Source of the DNA: a virus
Lineage: Duplodnaviria; Heunggongvirae; Uroviricota; Caudoviricetes
Direction: 5' to 3' (one strand)
Length of the DNA stretch: 15,145 bases
IMG/VR virus record: IMGVR_UViG_2617270941_000006
Shown: positions 7,077-15,139 of the stretch, one piece after another
Layout of the letters: each line of letters begins with the position of its first letter
Position numbering within the stretch: position 1 is the first letter of the stretch
Translations under genes and position numbers: made by a program
Notes under the pieces: model-generated
Databases searched by the model: none
Told to the model about the DNA's origin: nothing
Seen by the model: only the letters and a program-made list of their open reading frames with translations

Positions 7077-8849
7077 ATGACCATCACCACAGACACCACT
7101 CTTTTACACGACCCGCGTCGTCAGGCGGCGCTGCTGTACTGGCAGGGATTTTCCGTGCCGCAGATTGCCGCCATGTTGCAGATGAAACGCCCGACGGTGC
7201 AGAGCTGGAAACAGCGCGACGGCTGGGACAGCGTTGCCCCCATCAGCCGTGTCGAAATGAGTCTGGAAGCGAGGCTGACCCAGCTCATCATCAAACCGCA
7301 GAAAACCGGCGGTGACTTCAAGGAAATTGACCTGCTCGGACGCCAGATTGAACGACTGGCACGGGTCAACCGTTACAGTCAGACCGGCAACGAGGCAGAC
7401 CTTAATCCGAACGTCGCTAACCGCAACAAGGGCGGGCGTCGCAAACCGAAAAAGAATTTTTTCAGTGACGAGGCCATCGAAAAGCTGGAGCAGATTTTCT
7501 TTGAGCAGTCTTTCGAATATCAGTTGCACTGGTATCGCGCCGGGCTTGAGCACCGCATCCGCGATATCCTGAAATCCCGCCAGATTGGCGCGACGTTTTA
7601 TTTTTCCCGCGAGGCGCTGCTGCGCGCCCTGAAAACCGGTCATAACCAGATTTTTCTGTCGGCCAGTAAAACGCAGGCGTATGTGTTCCGCGAATACATC
7701 ATCGCCTTTGCCCGGTTGGTTGACGTTGACCTGACCGGTGACCCAATTGTCCTGGGCAATAACGGCGCAAAACTGATTTTTCTCGGCACCAACTCCAACA
7801 CCGCGCAGAGCCATAACGGCGACCTGTACGTCGACGAGATTTTCTGGATCCCGAATTTTCAGGTGCTCCGTAAGGTGGCATCAGGTATGGCCTCACAGAG
7901 CCACCTGCGCTCGACCTATTTCTCCACCCCGTCCACGCTGGCGCACGACGCCTACCCGTTCTGGTCGGGTGAACTGTTCAACCGGGGACGCGCCAGCGCC
8001 GCCGAACGCGTGGAAATCGACGTCAGTCATAACGCCCTTGCCGGAGGTCTTCTCTGTGCGGACGGCCAGTGGCGGCAGATTGTCACCATTGAGGACGCCC
8101 TGAAAGGCGGCTGCACGCTGTTCGACATTGAGCAGCTCAAACGCGAAAACAGCGCCGACGATTTTAAAAACCTGTTCATGTGTGAATTTGTTGACGACAA
8201 GGCATCGGTGTTCCCGTTCGAGGAGCTGCAACGCTGCATGGTCGACACGCTGGAAGAATGGGAAGACTATGCGCCGTTTGCCGCCAATCCGTTCGGCTCC
8301 CGCCCGGTATGGATTGGTTACGACCCGTCACACCGTGGCGACAGCGCCGGATGCGTGGTGCTGGCACCGCCGGTGGTGGCCGGTGGAAAATTCAGAATAC
8401 TTGAGCGTCACCAGTGGAAAGGCATGGACTTTGCCACTCAGGCTGAATCCATCCGCAAACTCACCGAAAAATACAACGTCGAATACATCGGTATTGATGC
8501 CACCGGCCTCGGTGTCGGCGTGTTCCAGCTCGTGCGCTCGTTCTATCCCGCCGCGCGCGATATCCGCTACACACCGGAAATGAAAACTGCAATGGTGCTC
8601 AAGGCAAAAGACGTTATCCGCCGTGGCTGTCTGGAATATGACGTCAGCGCCACCGACATCACCAGCTCGTTCATGGCTATCCGCAAGACCATGACCAGCA
8701 GCGGACGCAGCGCCACGTATGAGGCCAGCCGCAGCGAGGAAGCCAGCCACGCCGACCTCGCCTGGGCGACCATGCATGCCCTGTTAAATGAGCCACTCAC
8801 CGCCGGTATCAGCACCCCGCTGACATCCACCATTCTGGAGTTTTACTGA
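7077..8849 (+). CDS. P: P2 gpP-like terminase large (ATPase) subunit, 590 aa
   Basis: Starts at Met 11 of ORF 7047..8849 (MTITTDTTLLHDPRRQAALLYWQGFSVPQIAAMLQMKRPTVQSWKQRDGWDS...), which matches recalled P2 gpP. The TTG at 7047 is treated as an extension. The stop overlaps the Q start (tgatga). Confidence 0.9.
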   Translation: MTITTDTTLLHDPRRQAALLYWQGFSVPQIAAMLQMKRPTVQSWKQRDGWDSVAPISRVEMSLEARLTQLIIKPQKTGGDFKEIDLLGRQIERLARVNRYSQTGNEADLNPNVANRNKGGRRKPKKNFFSDEAIEKLEQIFFEQSFEYQLHWYRAGLEHRIRDILKSRQIGATFYFSREALLRALKTGHNQIFLSASKTQAYVFREYIIAFARLVDVDLTGDPIVLGNNGAKLIFLGTNSNTAQSHNGDLYVDEIFWIPNFQVLRKVASGMASQSHLRSTYFSTPSTLAHDAYPFWSGELFNRGRASAAERVEIDVSHNALAGGLLCADGQWRQIVTIEDALKGGCTLFDIEQLKRENSADDFKNLFMCEFVDDKASVFPFEELQRCMVDTLEEWEDYAPFAANPFGSRPVWIGYDPSHRGDSAGCVVLAPPVVAGGKFRILERHQWKGMDFATQAESIRKLTEKYNVEYIGIDATGLGVGVFQLVRSFYPAARDIRYTPEMKTAMVLKAKDVIRRGCLEYDVSATDITSSFMAIRKTMTSSGRSATYEASRSEEASHADLAWATMHALLNEPLTAGISTPLTSTILEFY

Positions 8850-9467
8850 TGAGCAAGAAAAAAGGGAAAACACCGCAACCTGCGGCAAAAACAATCACCG
8901 CCAGCGCCCCGAAAATGGAGGCATTCACCTTTGGTGAGCCGGTGCCGGTACGGCCTGCCGGAATATCTCAGCGCCCTTAATTCTGCCTGGCTGAATGAGT
9001 CGGCCACGCTGTTCCGCCGCAAGTATTACGAAAACGGCGCTCATGCCGGATATATCATGTACGTCACCGATGCCGTGCAGGATCGCAACGATATCGAAAT
9101 GCTTCGCGAAAACATGGTCAAGTCGAAAGGCCGCAACAACTTTAAAAATCTGTTTCTCTATGCCCCGCAGGGGAAAGCCGACGGCATTAAAATTATCCCG
9201 CTCAGTGAAGTGGCAACGAAGGACGATTTTTTTAATATCAAAAAAGCCAGCGCCGCTGACCTGCTGGACGCACACCGCATCCCCTTTCAGTTGATGGGCG
9301 GCAAGCCGGAGAACGTCGGGTCACTGGGAGATATTGAGAAAGTGGCAAAGGTCTTTGTCCGCAATGAGCTTATCCCGTTACAGGACAGGATCCGCGAGAT
9401 AAACGGCTGGCTCGGTCAGGAGGTCATCCGCTTTAAAAACTACTCACTGGACACTGACAACGGCTGA
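8849..9467 (+). pseudogene. Q: Portal gene Q disrupted by an internal out-of-frame deletion (N-terminal 34 codons, then C-terminal about 172 codons in another frame)
   Basis: ATG at 8849-8851 overlapping the P stop gives MSKKKGKTPQPAAKTITASAPKMEAFTFGEPVPV, then RPAGISQRP and a stop at 8978-8980. The portal C-terminal sequence (YGLPEYLSALNSAWLNESATLFRRKYYENGAHAGYIMYV...DTDNG) is in ORF 8931..9467 in a different frame. The total span is about 206 codons against 344 aa for P2 Q. Junction near 8948-8951. Confidence 0.8.
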
Positions 9468-9472
9468 ACATC

Positions 9473-9494
9473 GCCGCCTGCGGGCGGCTTTTTT
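9473..9494 (+). terminator. Rho-independent terminator after Q
   Basis: Hairpin gccgcc-tgcg-ggcggc followed by tttttt, beginning 6 nt after the Q stop. Confidence 0.65.
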
Positions 9495-9636
9495 ACACCC
9501 CGTCATCACGCCCTCACACGCTCACCACCGCACAAAACACCCCGCAGACACACCAATGCCCCGGCTAACAATCTAAACGCCATCACGACGCGCTCAGACG
9601 CTGAAAAAATAAAATCAGCACCACCGCCAGCGCGCA

Positions 9637-9655
9637 GTGCTTTCCCCGCCTCGCC
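9637..9655. other. P2-type cos site (19-nt cohesive end sequence)
   Basis: gtgctttccccgcctcgcc is the reverse complement of the P2 cohesive end GGCGAGGCGGGGAAAGCAC as I recall it. It lies about 170 nt beyond the end of Q, as expected for the P2 genome end. Sequence from memory, not verified. Confidence 0.6.
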
Positions 9656-9772
9656 CGCCCGCTTAATGGGGCGGTTTTAATGCGGGTGCATAACCACTTC
9701 TTACCCACATCAATTCTGGTCAAGCCAAGCAGTACAGCTTATGATTTCAAGATGCAAACTCATGCAGCAATG

Positions 9773-10966
9773 TTAAATTCTGCATCCATCGGTTTGAAAA
9801 TGTGATCCGTTTTTCGAATTCAAACTCAACTCTGTTTGACTCTTTTGAACATTAATAGTTTTACCAGTAAGGACATCCAAAACCCCTGCAGCAACAGCCT
9901 GCGCCAATTTACAAGGCACAGCATTCCCTATCTGACGCCAAATTGACGAATTTTTCCCCACAAAGACATAATTACTCGGGAATGTTTGAATCAAAAGAGC
10001 CTCATCTATCGTTAGTCGACGTAAACGACTAGGTACATCGTGCATATCTTTTGGCTCACCACCATTCATTAGATGATTATGATAAGTCTCAACATAACTT
10101 GTTGAGCCATCATAAAGGTGTTCTTCATCAATAATTGGTGTCCTATTCCCTCCCATAGAAGCAGCTATAGTTGAAGCATACCCATTCGGGTTAATTGGTC
10201 TTCCCTGCCCGTTAAACATCATTCCCGCGTAAGGTGACTTCCGTAATACTGGCTTAGCAGCATTTGTAATCCTTGCATTACAGACTCTTGAATTGTTTGG
10301 ATTACCCGCTCGCCCTAAAGGCCGAATAATCTCACCAACTGTGGGCGAAAGATATTGGTATTTTTTTATCGCCGCCTCAACTCGTTTCACATCATTTTCG
10401 GAACGAAACCCTATAAAAAACATACGTTCCCTATTCTGAGGAACGCCAAAATCTTTAGAATTCAGCACCAGCAAGGCTGAACGATAGCCTGACTTTTCAG
10501 CCATCTTAAACAGTTCACACCTAACTGGTTCAAATTTGGACAACTGTGCTAAAGCCTTAACATTCTCCATAACAAAGCATTCTGGTTGAATTATATCCAC
10601 CGCCCGCATGAATGACATAACCAGCTTACTACGTGGATCATGAGCGTCCATTTTCCCTGCCACAGAAAATCCTTGGCATGGAGGCCCACCAAAAACACAA
10701 CCTATATTTTTCAGCCCAGACAATTCACTTAGCATCTCATCAATATCACCACAAAAAACAGGTGATTCATGATTAAGCTTAAATGTATCACATGCATCCT
10801 TATCTATATCATTGGCCCAAACTGTTCGGAACCCGGCATTAGAGAAACCGACATCCATCCCTCCTGCCCCAGTAAATAAGCTCACCGCTGAAATTTTGTT
10901 CACTTCTTTAGCACCAATTATTCGATTTTGGAATAAAACCAATGATAGGTAAGGATCGACACACAA
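9773..10966 (-). CDS. DNA (cytosine-5)-methyltransferase, Type II R-M modification subunit (397 aa with the TTG start)
   Basis: ORF track 9773..10966. Conserved m5C-MTase motifs in canonical order: LFTGAGGMDVGF (motif I, AdoMet binding), GGPPCQGFS (motif IV, catalytic Cys), ENV (motif VI), QNRERMFFIG (motif VIII), a variable target-recognition region, and RQIGNAVP (motif X). The TTG start has an AAGGTGA Shine-Dalgarno 4 nt upstream; GTG starts 21 or 27 codons in are alternatives. The region is AT-rich compared with the phage backbone. Confidence 0.85.
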   Translation of the reverse strand: MCVDPYLSLVLFQNRIIGAKEVNKISAVSLFTGAGGMDVGFSNAGFRTVWANDIDKDACDTFKLNHESPVFCGDIDEMLSELSGLKNIGCVFGGPPCQGFSVAGKMDAHDPRSKLVMSFMRAVDIIQPECFVMENVKALAQLSKFEPVRCELFKMAEKSGYRSALLVLNSKDFGVPQNRERMFFIGFRSENDVKRVEAAIKKYQYLSPTVGEIIRPLGRAGNPNNSRVCNARITNAAKPVLRKSPYAGMMFNGQGRPINPNGYASTIAASMGGNRTPIIDEEHLYDGSTSYVETYHNHLMNGGEPKDMHDVPSRLRRLTIDEALLIQTFPSNYVFVGKNSSIWRQIGNAVPCKLAQAVAAGVLDVLTGKTINVQKSQTELSLNSKNGSHFQTDGCRI

Positions 10967-10986
10967 TCAATCACCTTCTAAACCAC

Positions 10987-11256
10987 ATGGCAAAACGACA
11001 ACCAACTATACATGATCATAGATACAGGTGCCTAGTCCAGCTTCTCACCAAACTACGCAAAGAAGCTTCTCTTTCGCAGTCAGAATTGGCCATTTTTCTA
11101 GGATTATCACAATCAGATATATCTAAAATCGAAAGCTTTGAAAGGCGATTAGATGCTTTAGAACTATTTGAATTATTAGAGGTGGTTGCAAGCCGATTAG
11201 GTCTACCAATGGATATCTTACTAAAGGACACCTATGAAAGTATTAGTAAATCATGA
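10987..11256 (+). CDS. XRE-family helix-turn-helix regulator, putative R-M controller (C) protein, 89 aa (104 aa if it starts at the ATG at 10942)
   Basis: Internal Met 16 of ORF 10942..11256. HTH segment LRKEASLSQSELAIFLGLSQSDISKIESFERRLDALELFELLEVVASRLGLPMD follows the pattern of R-M controller proteins. It is divergent from the methyltransferase and its 3' end overlaps the start of the downstream ORF by 23 nt (C-R operon architecture). Start codon choice is uncertain. Confidence 0.65.
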   Translation: MAKRQPTIHDHRYRCLVQLLTKLRKEASLSQSELAIFLGLSQSDISKIESFERRLDALELFELLEVVASRLGLPMDILLKDTYESISKS

Positions 11257-12289
11257 GCAAGCCTATAATGTAATTATAAATGCAATCAACGATGCAAAAA
11301 AATTAACTGATTACAAAACAAATAATCAATGGGTCTCCATTCAAAATGTAATTTTAGGCACCCACCTTACATACAGATATATACTTATTACTGGTTTACT
11401 TGCAAAAGCAACAGACCCTAGAGTAAACCCTCTTGCTTTACAAGCTAATGCCCCCGTAGACGGAGCCTATGATGCAAGAAGTTTATGTCATTCGGTAATA
11501 GTAGGCAAAGTAGAAGGCCCATTTTTAGAGGGTAAGTTAGGCGCATCAAATGAGCCATTTCTAAATAAACCTGCTCGTTACATGCTCCACTCCTCTGATA
11601 ACCCTGTGCGCAGAGGAAATGATAAGGTTTTACAACAACTTTCAATTGATATATTACATGCAGCAACAACCCAAACCTTAGCTTATGAAATGCTTGTTAT
11701 TGCATTATATTTTACCCTACAGCGAACCAATAGAGTTATAACGCCGAACTCAATTAATTTTGATTTCCATAAGATTATTTATAATATTATATCTCATCCT
11801 TGTGATGGAGAAACATGCGCGATTGCTGCCGCAATTTCGTTACATTTATTAGGTGAACAAAGAGGATGGATAATAAAAGCACATCCCGTCAATCAGGCCG
11901 GTAGCTCCTCAAAAGAGATACTGGACATAGATGTATATCATGACGATATAGTTTTCCTTTCTATAGAAGTGAAAGACAAACCATTTAATTATCAAGATGT
12001 TAATCACGCCGTTTCAAAAGCATCTGCATCCGGGATTTCAAAAGTTATCTTCCTTAAAGGGCCAAGAGCAACAAACTTAGATATTGATGAGTCTCTTGCG
12101 ATTGAGAACGCTGCGACAAAAGGTGTTTCACTAAGCTTTAGTGACGTCATGACATTCACAACAACATGTTATGCGTTATCGCCACTATTAAGTAATGACA
12201 GAATAATAGATTTCATAAATAACACTTTAAAAGACATCAGAGCTAAAGATAGCACTATAGAATACATACAATCCATATTTAAAAATTAA
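11234..12289 (+). CDS. Putative Type II restriction endonuclease (351 aa), family unassigned
   Basis: ORF track 11234..12289. ATG preceded by AAAGGA Shine-Dalgarno at 11223-11228, translationally coupled to the HTH gene. Candidate PD-(D/E)xK-like motif around residues 231-247 (LDIDVYHDDIVFLSIEVK, about nt 11924-11974). Function is inferred from genomic context with the m5C-MTase and controller; the ORF itself is solid, the product call is tentative. Confidence 0.55.
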   Translation: MKVLVNHEQAYNVIINAINDAKKLTDYKTNNQWVSIQNVILGTHLTYRYILITGLLAKATDPRVNPLALQANAPVDGAYDARSLCHSVIVGKVEGPFLEGKLGASNEPFLNKPARYMLHSSDNPVRRGNDKVLQQLSIDILHAATTQTLAYEMLVIALYFTLQRTNRVITPNSINFDFHKIIYNIISHPCDGETCAIAAAISLHLLGEQRGWIIKAHPVNQAGSSSKEILDIDVYHDDIVFLSIEVKDKPFNYQDVNHAVSKASASGISKVIFLKGPRATNLDIDESLAIENAATKGVSLSFSDVMTFTTTCYALSPLLSNDRIIDFINNTLKDIRAKDSTIEYIQSIFKN

Positions 12290-12296
12290 TACTCCC

Positions 12297-12331
12297 GGGA
12301 CAATATAGTTCACAACTACGTTGTCCCTTTT
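12297..12331 (+). terminator. Putative rho-independent terminator after the endonuclease gene, in the convergent gap with gene A
   Basis: Inverted repeat gggacaa ... ttgtccc (17-nt loop) followed by tttt, 8 nt after the stop at 12287-12289. The stem is short and the loop long, so this is a weak call. Confidence 0.35.
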
Positions 12332-12382
12332 AAAACAGTCAAGCAATTGCATTATATTAATTATTTACTTTTTATCACAATC

Positions 12383-14653
12383 TCATAATTCATACGCTCT
12401 CCAATCACATATAACAGGATAACTGAAGCTTCTCCCGTCGTAATTTACAGTTGCCCCACGCGCCAGCGCCTCAAGCTCCCATCGCTGCGGCCTGATACCG
12501 TTCTGAGCAAGGTCAACGCGGATACGGGTGATTTGCAATCGTTCAGACCTGGTCAGTCTGGCCGATGGTGCTATTTCATGCGGTTTTAACGGGCTTCCGT
12601 TTCTTTGCTGACGGTTTGGTGTTATCAGGTCGTGTTTTAATGCGCCCCTGAGCGCCCTCACGACCTCCGGGTCATTCCATTCGATAACACCGTCATCAAC
12701 CAGATTAAGCACTGCTGCGGCGTGTTCAGAAGGTGTGGGAGCCGGTAACGAAGTATCACCACTGGTGAGCTTTCCACAGTTATTGACAGGACTCCGAGGC
12801 GCGGCGATGCCGCTTTTTAAAGTCAAAGGCTCAACGACCGGAACTTTCGGCACAATGCGCCAGTCCGTCGTTCTGGTGATATGAATATGACGCGCGCCGA
12901 GATGCGGCGCGTAAATGCCGACCACTCTCTCGACTTCTTCCTCGTACTCGTTAACGTCATCCGACGGGCTACGGGCGACCCTGACAGTCTGACAATCGCG
13001 CGGGACATTTGCCCCGCCCTGCGCGCTGATATACAACGCAAAATCACCACTGTCTGCGGCGGCGCGTGCAGCCTCGACGCGTTCGTCAAACTCATCAGCA
13101 ATGCTGACGCCGCGAGGCAATTTGCGTAGCTCACGGTAAGCCCCCATTGTCGGCAGGCCAACCGTTTTAAATTGCGGAATGCGCCACGTTGACGCCCATG
13201 CGGTAACAGCCGCGGCAGTATCTTTCAGCGGCCTGCCAGTATCGTTATCGAGCTGACCATCCAGTGCATAGCCGTCGATGTTTTTTGAAATGTATTTCGC
13301 GATATATCCCGCAGCACCGCCCCGGTTAAGGTGTTTTGCCTGAAAACGGTTTCGCGCAGCTCCTCTTTCGTCTCCATCCTCTTTGAGCGCGTAGCGACGC
13401 ATGATTTCGATAATCTGGTTACGCTGGCGTGGATTACAAAAAAGCATCATATGCCAGTGCGGCGTTCCGTCGTGGTGTGGCTCGACGACACGCAAACCGT
13501 AGACCTGTAAATCATTATCCTTGAATGCCGTGCGCATCAGGCTCCAGATATGGCAGAGATAACGCTGCGCATCCTTTGGATTAAATGCCTCATCATTCCA
13601 GCCGTGATTTAGCTGGACGGTTTTACTTTCGCCTTTTCCGACCTGACGTGTCGGGTGATACTTTGACGGCGCGGTCAGCGTGATAAACATCCCCACATCA
13701 CCCTCTGCGGCGGCATAACGCTCAATTCCGGCGATGGTGTTCATCAGCTCCATCCGGCGAATTTCAGGATTAGAAATACTGCCCATCACCTTACTGATAA
13801 GGTCGATGCGCTCGCCGGTTTCCCTGTTTTCAAGGTCACACGATTTAAGAAATTCCAGATTTGCCTGGCGGCGTGCACGCACATCACGAATGGCATGTTT
13901 ACTGGCATAAGGAGAACGGTCTTTATTGACCTCCCCGACAGCAATCAGTAACGCCTCATGCCAGCGCATACGCTGGCCTTTAAGCTGATGAGTCCACCAC
14001 TCATCGTTAAACAGACGGGCAATGGCAGAATATGCCTGCCTCGTAGTTATCTGTCCTTTACGGTATTTTTTCCAGTAGAGCGGGGAAATATTGAAAGCAC
14101 GTGCAGCGCCAGCAACATGACCATACAGGTGAGTCTGCGCCTCATCCGTAAACAGCGATTCTTTTTCGCCATGTGCATCAACCCATGCATCGCAGAGTTC
14201 CTCATACATCATGAAAAGCTGCGATGAGATACGGGCGGCAAACTTTTTCAGCTCCTTGTCATTCATCCCCGGCAGGCGCGCATAGTGGTCACGCTCTGCC
14301 AGAAACAGTAACGACTCGTCGGTGTTCATTTCATGGCGCTGATTCACGCGCTCAATGCGCGGCCATAAACGACGCTGAAAAGTGGATGTGAGGAAATAAA
14401 ACCCGTGCACCGGGCTTTTATTGCGCCGGATGTAGTCATAGCGTGAAGTAAACAGCGAGCGCAAAAAGTAAGGCAGGCGGTTAATCGTGGATAAAACACC
14501 TTGCACCTGACGCATCTCGTCACGTGTAAGGGGTCTTTCGCGCCCGACAGCCTCGCGTGGCGCGTTCCATGCATAAGCACCGGTAAACGCCTTACCGGTG
14601 CCTGCGGCAAATGCTGACGGAGGGACAAAACGCCCGGAGGCTTTAACGGCCAT
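12383..14653 (-). CDS. A: P2 gpA-like rolling-circle replication initiator (HUH endonuclease), 756 aa
   Basis: Starts at Met 15 of ORF 12383..14695 (MAVKASGRFVPPSAFAAGTGK...), the P2 gpA N-terminus as I recall it. HUH metal-binding motif (GTPHWHMMLF) and active-site tyrosine motif (GYIAKYISKN). The upstream gene stops at 14643, consistent with this start. The extreme C-terminus is AT-rich and may be chimeric. Confidence 0.9.
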   Translation of the reverse strand: MAVKASGRFVPPSAFAAGTGKAFTGAYAWNAPREAVGRERPLTRDEMRQVQGVLSTINRLPYFLRSLFTSRYDYIRRNKSPVHGFYFLTSTFQRRLWPRIERVNQRHEMNTDESLLFLAERDHYARLPGMNDKELKKFAARISSQLFMMYEELCDAWVDAHGEKESLFTDEAQTHLYGHVAGAARAFNISPLYWKKYRKGQITTRQAYSAIARLFNDEWWTHQLKGQRMRWHEALLIAVGEVNKDRSPYASKHAIRDVRARRQANLEFLKSCDLENRETGERIDLISKVMGSISNPEIRRMELMNTIAGIERYAAAEGDVGMFITLTAPSKYHPTRQVGKGESKTVQLNHGWNDEAFNPKDAQRYLCHIWSLMRTAFKDNDLQVYGLRVVEPHHDGTPHWHMMLFCNPRQRNQIIEIMRRYALKEDGDERGAARNRFQAKHLNRGGAAGYIAKYISKNIDGYALDGQLDNDTGRPLKDTAAAVTAWASTWRIPQFKTVGLPTMGAYRELRKLPRGVSIADEFDERVEAARAAADSGDFALYISAQGGANVPRDCQTVRVARSPSDDVNEYEEEVERVVGIYAPHLGARHIHITRTTDWRIVPKVPVVEPLTLKSGIAAPRSPVNNCGKLTSGDTSLPAPTPSEHAAAVLNLVDDGVIEWNDPEVVRALRGALKHDLITPNRQQRNGSPLKPHEIAPSARLTRSERLQITRIRVDLAQNGIRPQRWELEALARGATVNYDGRSFSYPVICDWRAYEL

Positions 14654-14918
14654 ATGAGCCAAAAGCCTCTGAACAACGCTTGCTGAGTTGCTCAACCTGC
14701 GCGTTTAAATCAGCAAAAGACTTTGCGCTTCCGGTCAGAATATCGTGATGCATCAGGCCGGAAACGAGCTGGCTTAATTTCGGGTAATAACCAACCACCG
14801 CCAGCCATTCCTGACCGGCGTTTTTACCGCTTTCCGCTCTCTTTTTCTCGTGGAGAATAAACTGAAAGCTGTCACTGGTAACGACATAACGTTCGCCAAT
14901 TTCGATACGAATACTCAT
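14643..14918 (-). CDS. P2 early-operon small protein immediately upstream of A (orf83-position homologue), 91 aa, function unknown
   Basis: ORF track 14643..14918. The ATG overlaps the stop of the upstream zinc-finger ORF (tcat at 14915-14918). It sits where the P2 early operon has small ORFs between B and A. The name is by position only. Confidence 0.55.
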   Translation of the reverse strand: MSIRIEIGERYVVTSDSFQFILHEKKRAESGKNAGQEWLAVVGYYPKLSQLVSGLMHHDILTGSAKSFADLNAQVEQLSKRCSEAFGSYGR

Positions 14919-15139
14919 GCCATTCTCCGGTAATGTTTGTTTTTTGCTTCAAAGACTGACTGACAGGAAACACAACGCGTGGCTGACGGATAAGCCGCAC
15001 GACGGGCAGCAGGTATTGGCGCGTCACACTCTTCGCAAACCAGCGCAGAAGCACCGCAATGTTTTACCCTTGCCGCGTTAATCTGGCGCTCCAGTAATTC
15101 AGCCTGTTGTTCCTGAATAAAATCTACGTTGTCCGGCAT
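14915..15139 (-). CDS. TraR/DksA-family C4 zinc-finger protein (P2 early-operon small ORF, orf82-like), 74 aa
   Basis: ORF track 14915..15139 with ATG at 15137-15139. Four cysteines in two CxxC pairs (HCGASALVCEECDAPIPAARRAAYPSATRCVSCQ), typical of phage TraR/DksA-like zinc fingers. Confidence 0.65.
   Translation of the reverse strand: MPDNVDFIQEQQAELLERQINAARVKHCGASALVCEECDAPIPAARRAAYPSATRCVSCQSVFEAKNKHYRRMA

Noticed and set aside
7104-8833. Minus-strand ORFs within gene P (7104..7814, 7893..8231, 8328..8777 and others) and plus-frame ORF 8128..8583
   Set aside because: Embedded in the full-length terminase large-subunit gene, which has a clear P2 match. Frame shadows.
10942-11669. ORF 11016..11231 (-) and ORF 11445..11669 (-) inside the controller and endonuclease genes, and the longer 104-aa form of the HTH gene starting at 10942
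   Set aside because: The two minus-strand ORFs are antisense shadows in AT-rich DNA. The 10942 start would overlap the MTase 5' end on the opposite strand, so the internal ATG at 10987 was preferred, though 10942 cannot be excluded.
12823-14676. ORFs 12823..13161 (-), 12881..13129 (+), 13958..14227 (+), 14344..14676 (-) and the 14-codon N-terminal extension of A to 14695
   Set aside because: All lie within gene A in other frames or antisense. The extension is rejected because the upstream gene stops at 14643 and the recalled P2 gpA begins MAVKASGRF.
14872-15054. ORF 14872..15054 (-), 60 aa
   Set aside because: Out-of-frame overlap with the zinc-finger ORF 14915..15139, which has the conserved CxxC pairs and ATGA coupling to the next gene.
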